A stretch of 64,000 bases of DNA, taken from positions 927 to 64,926 of IMG/VR virus record IMGVR_UViG_3300037258_000171. One strand, written 5' to 3'. The translations under genes and the position numbers were made by a program. Origin of the DNA: a virus. Lineage: Duplodnaviria; Caudoviricetes. The notes beneath the pieces were generated by a model. It saw nothing but the letters and a program-made list of their open reading frames with translations. It was not told the DNA's origin and did no database searches. Shown here in pieces: positions 53,794 to 62,446 of this stretch (the first letter of the stretch is position 1; each line of letters starts with the position of its first letter).

Positions 53794-54512
53794 GCCGGCC
53801 ACCGCCGGTCGGCCCCGGTCATCGCCACGACCGTCCGGCACATCTCAGCGAGACGGCTAGCCGCCCGCTCCCCGATCTGCGGCGCGAGGTCACTGGCCGG
53901 CAAGTTGCTGGTGATGATCAGCGGCAGGCAGTTGGCGTAACGGTGATCAACAATCGAGTAGATGCGCTCCTGCGTCCATTCGGTGGCCTTCTCGGCGCCC
54001 ACGTCATCAAGCACCAGGAGCCTGGTGTGCTGGCAGTCACCGATTCGCAGCGTGCCGTCGTCGCCAGGCCGCAGCGAGTCGAGCAGGTCCGTCATCCGGG
54101 TGAACACCACGGAGGGGTGGCCCTTGCGGGCATCGTCGTACATCAGGGGCTCGCCGTCGTGCGGGCGCGTCCTGGTGGCCGCGCACCAGCGGGCCACCGC
54201 CTCCCACGCGGCGTGCGTCTTGCCGGTGCCGACCTGTCCGGAGATGTACAGGCCCTCGGCCTGCTTGCCCTCCTGGAGCCAGGCATCGACACCGGCCGGG
54301 ACGTCGATGCGAGGCCGGAACCTCTTGGGTACGAAGCCCGTGATCTCGCGGCCGAGGCGGTCCTGCTCGCAGACCGGGCACCGGCCGGCGCGGTACGACG
54401 GCTCGCCCGCGACGGTGATCTTCACGGACCCGTAGCCGTCACACTCGGCCGACTCGGCATCGGGGTAGGCGTCGAGCAGGTTGTCATGCCCCAGTAGGGC
54501 GGCGGAATCCAC
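53790..54512 (-). CDS. DnaC/IstB-like AAA+ helicase loader
   Basis: GQVGTGKT, LLVLDDVG, IITSN, SRLAEM, GADRR; GTG 54512 with GAGGAG SD. Confidence 0.9.
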   Translation of the reverse strand: MDSAALLGHDNLLDAYPDAESAECDGYGSVKITVAGEPSYRAGRCPVCEQDRLGREITGFVPKRFRPRIDVPAGVDAWLQEGKQAEGLYISGQVGTGKTHAAWEAVARWCAATRTRPHDGEPLMYDDARKGHPSVVFTRMTDLLDSLRPGDDGTLRIGDCQHTRLLVLDDVGAEKATEWTQERIYSIVDHRYANCLPLIITSNLPASDLAPQIGERAASRLAEMCRTVVAMTGADRRWPA

Positions 54513-55374
54513 GCTGGTGCTCCTCGTCGGTGTAGTCGGCTTGCTTCGGCCCGCTGCCGTTCCGGCCAGCGGCAGGGGGTTGGGGCGTGGGCTCATCGGT
54601 CCAGCAGCCCTTGTTGAGCCATGTCGCCGGGTTCTTAGGGAAGCCCGCCAGCACATGGATGTCGTTGCGGTAGCTCTTGGCGGCGGCGAGGAGGATCGCC
54701 GGGTCGGCGCCCTTGTTGACGACCTTGAGGTAGGCGGTCTCTGCCGCCGCGCGCTCCTTGTGAACCGGGTAGACCGCGTACCACTCAGCGAAGAGCGGCT
54801 TGATGGTGACGGCGGTCCACTTCTTCGGCGTGGCCTCTGCTGCGGGGTCGTCATCGCCGAAGAGGGAGCCAGTCGCGACGCCGCTCGGGGAAGTAGAACT
54901 CTTCGTAGAAGAGTTCTTTGATGGTTCCTTAACGGTTCCGCCCGCAAAGTTTGCGGGGTCTGGCGCAGGATCTGCGGGGTGCATATTTTGCGGGGGTGCA
55001 GATCCTGCGGGGTCGTGCCCATTGACCTGCGACGATTCCGACCCCCGCGAATCCTGCGGGTCCGCAGACTTTGCGCCCCGCAGACTTTGCGCCCCCGCAG
55101 ACTTTGCGGGGTTCCGGCCCATGAGCAGGCGATACCTGTTGCAGCCCTTCGGGCCCTGCTGGTAGCCGATCTCCAGCTCTCCGAGCTTGGCGAGGTCGAT
55201 GAGGGCGGTCTGCACGGCTCGCTCACCGAGTCCCGTCTTGCGCTTCAGCTCGGCCACGCTCGGCCATGCCACCCCGGTCTCGCGGGCGCAGTCGGCCAGG
55301 GCCAGCAGAACCAGGCGCGCGGCATGGCGGGACCGGGAGTGATCCCAGACCCAGTTGCTGACGCTGATCGCCAC
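54484..55374 (-). CDS. replication initiator protein (N-terminal wHTH, lambda O-like layout)
   Basis: RLVLLALAD...AWPSVAEL...GLGERAVQ...L; C-terminal FAEWYAVYP...KNPATWLNKGCW. Confidence 0.9.
   Translation of the reverse strand: MAISVSNWVWDHSRSRHAARLVLLALADCARETGVAWPSVAELKRKTGLGERAVQTALIDLAKLGELEIGYQQGPKGCNRYRLLMGRNPAKSAGAQSLRGAKSADPQDSRGSESSQVNGHDPAGSAPPQNMHPADPAPDPANFAGGTVKEPSKNSSTKSSTSPSGVATGSLFGDDDPAAEATPKKWTAVTIKPLFAEWYAVYPVHKERAAAETAYLKVVNKGADPAILLAAAKSYRNDIHVLAGFPKNPATWLNKGCWTDEPTPQPPAAGRNGSGPKQADYTDEEHQRGFRRPTGA
54890..55112. repeat. replication origin: about 8 iterons (GCAGACTTTGCG-like) inside the initiator gene, plus an adjacent AT-richer palindrome
   Basis: Two blocks of four copies at 16-22 bp spacing (about 54941-55012 and 55044-55111); agaactcttcgtagaagagttct at about 54895-54917. 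Confidence 0.85.
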
Positions 55375-55527
55375 TGAACCCCACCGTCTGCCGTCCCTGC
55401 ATGATCGTCTGTTGTTCTAGCGCGCCAAGCGTATCATCATGGCGTACCATGAGGGAGAGCGTAATGGTAATCCACCACGGACTACATTCGCGGTGTCCGG
55501 TATGTCAGGCAGGGAGGGTGTGTCATC

Positions 55528-55764
55528 ATGACTTGCGTGAGCGACGAGACCAGGGGACGGCTGGCCAAGGCCACCCGCGACTACAACCGGCTGAAGGACA
55601 TCCGGAAGGAAGTCGCTGCCGCGATCGTGGCTGAGCGCCTTGAGGGCACTGCCATCGAGGTGATTGCCCGCATGTCGCCGTACAAGCAGACGCAGGTCAA
55701 CCGCATCCTGAAGGCGGCCGGCCTGACCGAGGAACGACCCAAGTCCCCCGCTGGCGAGTCCTGA
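55528..55764 (+). CDS. small HTH protein divergent from the initiator
   Basis: AIEVIARMSPYKQTQVNRILK; same architecture as 45881..46117. Confidence 0.6.
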   Translation: MTCVSDETRGRLAKATRDYNRLKDIRKEVAAAIVAERLEGTAIEVIARMSPYKQTQVNRILKAAGLTEERPKSPAGES

Positions 55765-55831
55765 TCTCACGAGGCCACCCGCTCGTCCTCGCCCCGCCGC
55801 TCAGCGTCCGGCTCCCGGCGCTCCCGCCAGC

Positions 55832-56773
55832 TCACGGCCCCTCCAGCAGTTCCAGCACGGCCTCCACGGGCACAGCGCGCACATGGTCCGGCCCGGAGCA
55901 GACCGCTGACAGCCCCTCGACCGCCTCGCGGATCCGCTCCCTCTCAGCCCTCGCAACCGCCGCGGCGATCTGCTCGTACATCTGCCGCTGGCCGGGCTGG
56001 AGGTCATCCCACTGCGGCGGGATCACTCCTGATGACAGGGAGCAGCGGGCAGCCTCGCGGTAGGCGATGCGGGCCAGATCATCGCGGCGGGTCACCGGCT
56101 ACCTCCCGAGCTCCGCGCCTGGTACAGGGTCATCGCGTCCTGGCCGGACGCGGGAATCTCGCAGTCAGGGCACGAGTCCCACTGGCGCGGGCCTTCCTTG
56201 TTCCGCGGCAGCTCGGGGAACTCGGCGAACCGCCATCCGTCCCGTGACGCGGCGATGCGGGCGCTCGTGCCGCCGCGCTGCATGCCCTTGTGAACGACTC
56301 CGCAGTTGTCGCAGGCAACCTGGGCGAAGCTGACCGCCTTGATGCTCACGGGGCGTCCTTCCGGTGGCAGGAGCACCCGCACAGGACGCACAGGCAGGCG
56401 TGAAGGGGACCGCGGTGCGGGCGGCAGGTGCGATGCCCGAAGATCCGGAAGTCGAGGTCACAGCCGCATGGGCGGACGTTCAGGACGTCGGGCACCCACC
56501 TGGCCTGCTCGAAGGGGAGGCCGAGGACGTGGCGCCCCTCGTAGCTGAGGGCGGTCATGGCGCCAGCCCCAGGGTCTGCAGCACCTCGCGGGCAGCCTCA
56601 GCGGGACGGTCGCACCGGAGGGCAGCGGGGCGGGCGGCTGGAGCAGCGCTGCGGGCCGCCTGCGGGCTGATGTCCCCGATGGCAAAGTCCGCGATCAGGG
56701 TCTTGGCGATGGGCTTCTTGGGCGTGACCATGGCCAGGTCGATGCGGAGCTCGGATGCCTCTGATCGCCTCAT
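55832..56773 (-). CDS. four small coupled genes (55832-56095, 56092-56349, 56346-56558, 56555-56773)
   Basis: ATGA/GTGA couplings; two are Cys-rich. Confidence 0.55.
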
Positions 56774-57390
56774 GCGGCGCCTGCCTGCGTGATGGAGGCG
56801 AGCATCTGGGCGCCTATGTACTCCGCGAATGCCGGCGGCACGGCCTGCCGGCCTTCCAGGTTCGTCATCCACGTGCAGCCCATGGCGTCCGCGAATGCCC
56901 GCTCATCCTTGTGCTCGAACGGGATGAGCTCCGGGTTCCGGTAGCAGTCGCACCGCGGCAGCAGGTCGTAGGTGCTCCAGTTGCCGCGCTGGAATGCGCG
57001 GTGGCGCTTGACCCTCAGGCCGAACTGCGTCCCGCACAGGAGGTAGTCAGGCCGGATGGGCGCCTCGGGGACGTTCTCCGCGACCCACGGGACCGGCTGG
57101 GCCTCCAGCAGCGCCAGCGAGGGCGTCAGCAGGTCCGGGTAGTCGCTGCGGCTGCCCCGCCAGTCGGTGACACTGGCGTGGCCCTGACAGATCGGGGAGA
57201 CGTGGATCGCGTCGAAGGTGGCCAGGAAATCCCGGTCGGCCAGGACTTCCATGGCGTCGGCCTTAAAGAAGGCGAACGGGTAGTTCGGCTGGTCCTCGAT
57301 GTCGAATCCGGTCACGTCGAATCCGGCCTTGTCGTAGCCGTAGCCAGCCCCGCCGGCCTTGCAGAAGCCGTCCAGCAGCCGCGGCCTCAT
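56770..57390 (-). CDS. compact C5 cytosine DNA methyltransferase-like protein
   Basis: LDGFCKAGG (motif I), SPICQ (IV), ENV (VI), RHRAF (VIII), QAVPP (X). Confidence 0.8.
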   Translation of the reverse strand: MRPRLLDGFCKAGGAGYGYDKAGFDVTGFDIEDQPNYPFAFFKADAMEVLADRDFLATFDAIHVSPICQGHASVTDWRGSRSDYPDLLTPSLALLEAQPVPWVAENVPEAPIRPDYLLCGTQFGLRVKRHRAFQRGNWSTYDLLPRCDCYRNPELIPFEHKDERAFADAMGCTWMTNLEGRQAVPPAFAEYIGAQMLASITQAGAA

Positions 57391-57917
57391 CGCGCTCCGC
57401 CGATCCCTGCCAGCGCGGCAAGCTCCCGCGCGATGCGTCCCGACAGCAGGTCGGACGGGCGCCACACTCCGGCGTCAGCCCCGGACGCGGTGAGGGCGTC
57501 AAGCCATGCCTGCTGCGCCTTGGTCGGCTTCTCGCTCTCGCGCTTCAGCTCGCGGAAGATCACGCCGCGAGGGCCGCCGATCGCCCAGTCCGGCCAGCCG
57601 CGGTGGGCGCGCCGGGAGTCGCTGTTGTGCTGCCGCAGGAAGGCCGGGAAGTTGTCGTCCAGCATCTTGATCAGGGCATGCTCCAGGCTGCCCCTGCCGC
57701 CGTTCTCGGGCATCTTCGAGGCCATCAGCGCGAGTCCGGTCAGCGGGGGCTTGCGGTGCCGCGGTGGTGTCCCGCCGGGAGCATGGGTGCCGGGCACGCC
57801 GCGATGAGCTGCGGACGTGCCCGGCGTGGCAGGCAGCCGGTCGGGGCCGGCTCCTGCCGTCGCGGCGGTCAGGCCGGGGGGACCTGAGGCCGCGAGCTTC
57901 TTGGATGTGGCGCTCAT
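57387..57917 (-). CDS. VRR-NUC domain nuclease
   Basis: GWPDW...FRELK...PTKAQQAWLDAL...VWRPSD. Confidence 0.85.
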   Translation of the reverse strand: MSATSKKLAASGPPGLTAATAGAGPDRLPATPGTSAAHRGVPGTHAPGGTPPRHRKPPLTGLALMASKMPENGGRGSLEHALIKMLDDNFPAFLRQHNSDSRRAHRGWPDWAIGGPRGVIFRELKRESEKPTKAQQAWLDALTASGADAGVWRPSDLLSGRIARELAALAGIGGAR

Positions 57918-58132
57918 AGCCGCGCCTGAGCTTCCCGGTGCTCGCGCAGGGCGATGACCTCGGCGGCCAGGTAGCGGTACCGGATGTCGGCAGGCGAGAA
58001 GCTGATGACGCCCGCGTGGCGGAGCTGGGACAGGCGGGACGTGCCGATGTCCAGCAGGTCCGCTGCCTCGCCGGGCGTCATGAGGTCGTCAGGGTCCAGC
58101 AGGCGACCGCGGACCACGTACTGCCTAGCCAC
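57914..58132 (-). CDS. BldC/MerR/Xis-type wHTH protein
   Basis: LMTPGEAADLL...AGVI...RYLAAEVIAL. Confidence 0.65.
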   Translation of the reverse strand: MARQYVVRGRLLDPDDLMTPGEAADLLDIGTSRLSQLRHAGVISFSPADIRYRYLAAEVIALREHREAQARL

Positions 58133-58681
58133 GACCGCTCCCGTAGTCAGGCTCGGCCGGGGCGTAGCGGGCATCGCCGGCGAATAGCATGCCCACGAGC
58201 TCGTCCCACTCGCCGGGGGTCAGCGGCCTGCCATCGACGGGCAGGCCGGGCACCTTCAGGACGCGGGCTGCCGGATGGCGGGGGGCGCGGTCAAGGGTGC
58301 GCCTGCGGATGTCCTCGCGGGACTCCCGCCAGAAACCCCAGGCGATCCCGCCGATGATGGCAGCGATGATGGCCAGCGGGCCGAAGACCTGGGCGCTCAC
58401 GGCTGCACCGCTTCCATGTGCTTGCGCCACACCTGGATCGGCTCGTGCGACTCCCAGCGGGATCTGGTCTCCAGCGGCTCGTAGTGGCACGTCCCCCCGC
58501 CGACTGCGCCGGTCGCCCGGCAGGTGCAGCTCACGGAGATGCCGTTATTGCCGTTGAGATTCAGCCGGATCTGGTGCGGCAGCGAGTCGTCGCGCATGAC
58601 GTAGCGGTGGGCGGCCGTCGTGGTCTGCACCTCTCGCAGCGCCCCGGTCGCCAGGGCTGCGGCGAAGGATGCGGCGCTCAC
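58125..58681 (-). CDS. two small genes: a TM protein (58125-58400) and a hypothetical with SCTC (58397-58681)
   Basis: GTGA couplings. Confidence 0.55.
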
Positions 58682-59253
58682 GCGGCACCCCCGAGGTGCG
58701 GGCGCGGCGCGGTCAGGATGTTTCCGTCCTGGTCCACGTAGTGAGCGGCGTCGTCCAGCCAGACCTGGATGCCGCCGTCCGCCCCTGCCAGCAGGATGGC
58801 CACCAGCAGCGCGTCCTCGGTCGAGAGCAGCCAGAACCCGGCCTCGTGCATGTGCGGATCCCGGGACTCGGCCAGCCGGTGTGCCTCGCCCGACAGCAGG
58901 GCGCCGTTGGCGATGTTGTTGCGCAGCCTTGACCCCCCGGCGCGGCGGGCATTCCGGTGCTGAATCTCCCCGCCGTAGCGGCCGAGCCAGACCCCCGTCG
59001 CCTCGCAGCGGGCATCGTCTGGATCCCCGTTCCCGGCCCTGGTGCGGATGGCCAGCCTGGTGACGGCGCTGAACCCGGCGTCCCGGCGTGTCCTCGGCGG
59101 TGCTGTCCCCGGCCTCAGCTCCACGGCTGTGATGACGGGCCTGGACGCCACGGGAGGACGGAAGGGTGTCCTTGGGATGGGTGCGGACCGGGGGGGCATC
59201 GTGGTGAAGGCGTTCGCGCCGGGAGTGCGCCGGAGGCTGCCTGAGCGGTTCAT
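58678..59253 (-). CDS. degenerate HNH-like protein
   Basis: RCEATG...IQHRNARRAGGS...NGALLSGEAH; the zinc-binding cysteines are partly lost. Confidence 0.55.
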   Translation of the reverse strand: MNRSGSLRRTPGANAFTTMPPRSAPIPRTPFRPPVASRPVITAVELRPGTAPPRTRRDAGFSAVTRLAIRTRAGNGDPDDARCEATGVWLGRYGGEIQHRNARRAGGSRLRNNIANGALLSGEAHRLAESRDPHMHEAGFWLLSTEDALLVAILLAGADGGIQVWLDDAAHYVDQDGNILTAPRPHLGGAA

Positions 59254-59648
59254 CGCTGACCGCCCCACTGACCCCGGTAGGAGTCCCGCACTGAGGCACC
59301 GATGGACTGCTGGAAGCCGCCCTGCTTGCCGACGGTCCGCAGGTGATCCGAGGCTGCCTGCCGGGCCGCCCGGGCGAGCATCCATGCCAGTTCCTCATCG
59401 GCGCACTGATCCTCAGCCCAGGCGTCCCGCTCGGCGACGGTCCACTCGTTGCGGCGGACCTTCGGGCAGTCCGGCGACAGCAGCGCCCGGCGCTTGGCCG
59501 ACTTGAGCGCGGCCAGCGCGTCAACCTCCAGGTCGCGCTTGTCGGCCAGCGCCTGCCGGGCGTCCTCCAGTGCGTCCGAGAACGACTGGAGGGCAGCCTC
59601 GGCGCCGGGCGGTGTCTGCGGGTCGTGGCCCTGATGGGCGGCGCTCAC
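59250..59648 (-). CDS. helical recombination-module accessory protein
   Basis: TVAERDAWAE coiled coil directly after the annealase; coupled. Confidence 0.55.
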   Translation of the reverse strand: MSAAHQGHDPQTPPGAEAALQSFSDALEDARQALADKRDLEVDALAALKSAKRRALLSPDCPKVRRNEWTVAERDAWAEDQCADEELAWMLARAARQAASDHLRTVGKQGGFQQSIGASVRDSYRGQWGGQR

Positions 59649-60826
59649 CGCTGCTCGGCCTTGTCTGCGCGCTCGTCCTTGTAGGCGGTCCAGACCGCGG
59701 AGGCGGCAGCGTCAGCGTCGCCCCGGGCGGTCTCCAGCGCCTTCTCCAGGAGCTCGATGGACGCAGCGACCTCATCGGCGCTCATGTCGGCCAGGCGGCA
59801 GCCCTCGCGGCCGGTACGCCAGGCGATGAACTCCGAGATGTCATCGGCGGTCCCGAGCGGGATCTGGGTCAGCAGCTTGCCGAGCCTGGATGCACCGTTG
59901 CCGCCTCGCGCGGGTGCCGGATCGGCCTTCGCCGCGGACTCCTTCGCCTGCGGAGCCGCCGGAGCGGGGGCGGCAGGAGTCGCGGCCGGAGGAGCCTGCT
60001 GCCCGGTGATGTCGGCAGCGGTCAGCCGCTCGGTGGCGGACTCGAACTCGTCCTCCTTGCGGATCTCGCCGCGCTCCAGGCTCCGGTAGATGACGGTCAG
60101 CGTGGCCAGGTCGAACGAGGTCCACTTGTCGGCCGGGCTGCCGAGCTTCTGCACGAGCTGGCTCTCGATGACGCCGAACCGGGCGAAGCCGGCCAGGCAC
60201 TTGTCGCGCCGCTCGGCGATGTCGGAGTCGTCGCCCTCCAGGGTCCGGTAGCAGGCCGCCACCGCGTCCTCGGTGAACCAGCCCGGCAGGATCGCGAAGA
60301 TCATCTCCCGCAGGCGCCGGGCGCCCATGTTCGCGTTCAGCTCGTAGATGTCGCGGGTCTCGACCAGCTGCTTGGGGCCCTGCTTGGTGTCGCGGATGTG
60401 CGGCACGACGAACGTGGTGGAAGATCGGGTGTTGGTCTGGACGTCCCACGCCCACGCCTGCATCTCGGACTGGCCGTACTCGTCATCGCGGCGAAGCTCG
60501 GTGATGCCGTACTGCAGGTTGCCGAAGCAGCGGCCCAGTTCCCGGGCGAGCTGGACGGACGGCCCGGAGATCTGGCCGCCGCCGCGGCTGTAGCGGAAGA
60601 ACGCCTTCTCTGCGAGCGACTTCTGCGCGCACGAGCGCTGCATCTCGGTGACGGCGCGGTTCATGTCGCGCGGGTGGCGCAGTGCGACGACGATCGCGGC
60701 CTCGACTTCGGCGACTGCGCGGGACTGCTCGACGGCGGTTCCCTGGCCGACTCGCGAAGGCCCGGCGACGCGCGGCGTCATCTGCTGGTGGCCGTTCTGG
60801 ATCTGGTCAAGCGACGTGCTGGTCAT
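59645..60826 (-). CDS. RecT-like single-strand annealing protein
   Basis: EQSRAVAEV...PRD...YSRGGGQISGPSVQLARELG...WDVQTN...GARRLRE; paired with a RecE-like exonuclease. Confidence 0.7.
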   Translation of the reverse strand: MTSTSLDQIQNGHQQMTPRVAGPSRVGQGTAVEQSRAVAEVEAAIVVALRHPRDMNRAVTEMQRSCAQKSLAEKAFFRYSRGGGQISGPSVQLARELGRCFGNLQYGITELRRDDEYGQSEMQAWAWDVQTNTRSSTTFVVPHIRDTKQGPKQLVETRDIYELNANMGARRLREMIFAILPGWFTEDAVAACYRTLEGDDSDIAERRDKCLAGFARFGVIESQLVQKLGSPADKWTSFDLATLTVIYRSLERGEIRKEDEFESATERLTAADITGQQAPPAATPAAPAPAAPQAKESAAKADPAPARGGNGASRLGKLLTQIPLGTADDISEFIAWRTGREGCRLADMSADEVAASIELLEKALETARGDADAAASAVWTAYKDERADKAEQR

Positions 60827-61686
60827 GAATAGTCCCCCCTTGCCTGCGCCCACATGGGCAGGCGAATCTGTGCGACTTCGGATGTGTAGCCCGGCCAGAT
60901 CCCGGACTCCTCGCAGTCCCGGTAGATCTCCAGGGCGCGCTCGTTGTGCTCGCGTCCGGCGGCCTGCCCGTCTGGGTCCAGCTGGCAGGCGGTCACCAGG
61001 TACGGCGGTTCCTTCTCCTGGAAGATGAAGAGGAACGGCAGGCGCAGCCCCGTCAGCGCCTCGATGCCGTCCACGTACCAGGCGTCCTGCATGAAGTAGC
61101 GGAAGTTCCCCATCGAGCGGGCGATGGCGCCCGGGTCGGCTGACTGGCAGGTCTTGTAGTCAGCGAGGACGGGCATGGCGGCATCCAGGTCGGGCAGCCA
61201 GTCCACGCGGGACCGGCGCCAGATCCCCCAGCGCTGGTCCTCCCAGAACAGGGACTGCTCCGGGTGGCCGCCGCGCTCCGGGTCGAATACGACGCTGGCG
61301 ATGCGATGGGCGCGGATGGCCGCGGCCATCTCCTTCACCTGGTGATGCTCGACAGGCAGCAGCGGGACCTTCCCCTCCGCCCGAGCGGCCTTCGCCTGGT
61401 CCTTCGCGTCGTTCGTCCGCCAGCTGAGAGCGTCCACAACGGCTAGCTCGGCGCCCGTTCCGAGCACCAGCTTGTGCGCGGCGGTCCCGAGCTCCATCGC
61501 CGATGTCGGCGCCGGCGGGTGCTCGCGGTCGTAGGCGAACCTCGCCGGGCAGGATGGCGGCAGGAGTTTCTTGGCGCCGGAGACGGACAGGCTGCGACCG
61601 GGGACCGGGTCGGCGTGGTAGGCCGACTCGTCCAGGTCGTCGTAGATCCCGGCCTGGAAAACGGGTGCCTCCGCGAGCGCGGTCAT
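60823..61686 (-). CDS. RecE-like PD-(D/E)XK exonuclease (DUF3799-like)
   Basis: YHADP...LSVSGAK, LGTAAH, EQSLFW, RSRVDW, DYKT, YFMQDAWY. Confidence 0.9.
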   Translation of the reverse strand: MTALAEAPVFQAGIYDDLDESAYHADPVPGRSLSVSGAKKLLPPSCPARFAYDREHPPAPTSAMELGTAAHKLVLGTGAELAVVDALSWRTNDAKDQAKAARAEGKVPLLPVEHHQVKEMAAAIRAHRIASVVFDPERGGHPEQSLFWEDQRWGIWRRSRVDWLPDLDAAMPVLADYKTCQSADPGAIARSMGNFRYFMQDAWYVDGIEALTGLRLPFLFIFQEKEPPYLVTACQLDPDGQAAGREHNERALEIYRDCEESGIWPGYTSEVAQIRLPMWAQARGDYS

Positions 61687-62051
61687 GCCCGGTCACCGTG
61701 ATAGCGGTCGGTCCCCAGAACGAGATCGTCCTGAGCCGCCTGCAAGTCCTCCTCGTAGAAGCCGGGCCGGTCGCGGAAGTCGGCATCATCGCCGGCCCAG
61801 TTCGCCCAGCGCGTCATCTCGGCCACGTACTTGCCCCAGCGCTCCAGCGCCTCAGCAGGCGACAGCGACGGCGAGGACCAGGCGATGACCTGGACCTCAA
61901 CGACCTCCGGCACGGGCGGCACGTCAGGGCCGACGACGATGGCTGAGGCCAGTTCCTCCAGCAGCTCCCGGCGGCGGTTCTCCGGCAGCAGGCGCAGGGC
62001 CCGCAGGCAGGTGACCTCCGCTTGCCGGATGGCGGTGACGGTGGCGCTCAT
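61683..62051 (-). CDS. hypothetical protein
   Basis: Coupled on both sides. Confidence 0.55.
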   Translation of the reverse strand: MSATVTAIRQAEVTCLRALRLLPENRRRELLEELASAIVVGPDVPPVPEVVEVQVIAWSSPSLSPAEALERWGKYVAEMTRWANWAGDDADFRDRPGFYEEDLQAAQDDLVLGTDRYHGDRA

Positions 62052-62446
62052 AGCGACGCCTCCGCCGGGATGCTGGCCATCAGGTCGGCCATCTCGCGCT
62101 GGTAGGACTCGGCGGTGCGCTCTAGCTCGGCCTGCTTGTCAGCCACATCCCGGACCCTGATCGCCTCAGCTGCAGCGGTGATCGCGGCGAAAGCCTCAGC
62201 GACAAGGGGCGGGTAGGGCAGCAGGTCGGTGACCGGCACGTTGTAGAAGCCGGCCAGGATCCAGAGCCGCTCGACGGTGACCGCGCGGTCAGCTCTCTCG
62301 TGACTGCCGACGACGACGGCCTTGAGCCTGCCGCCGGACGCCGCCTCAACCTGGCTGAGCGACATCCCGGCGCGGTCCCTGACTGCGCGGAGTCGCCTGC
62401 CGAGTGCGAGCTCGAAGTCGCTCGGGTTGCTGGCAGCGGCGGTCAT
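62048..62446 (-). CDS. BldD-like XRE DNA-binding domain fused to a coiled coil
   Basis: LGRRLRAVR...GGRLKAVVVGSHERADRAVTVERL...FYNVPVTDLLP closely matches the BldD N-terminal domain as recalled. Confidence 0.85.
   Translation of the reverse strand: MTAAASNPSDFELALGRRLRAVRDRAGMSLSQVEAASGGRLKAVVVGSHERADRAVTVERLWILAGFYNVPVTDLLPYPPLVAEAFAAITAAAEAIRVRDVADKQAELERTAESYQREMADLMASIPAEASL

Noticed and set aside
53790-55226. 478-aa ORF as a single long DnaC
   Set aside because: The upstream half is an off-frame shadow of the initiator gene. A GTG at 54512 with a GAGGAG SD gives a normal 240-aa loader.
56770-57917. Restriction-modification pair (methyltransferase plus nuclease)
   Set aside because: The nuclease is a VRR-NUC type typical of phage recombination/replication modules, and orphan methyltransferases are common there.
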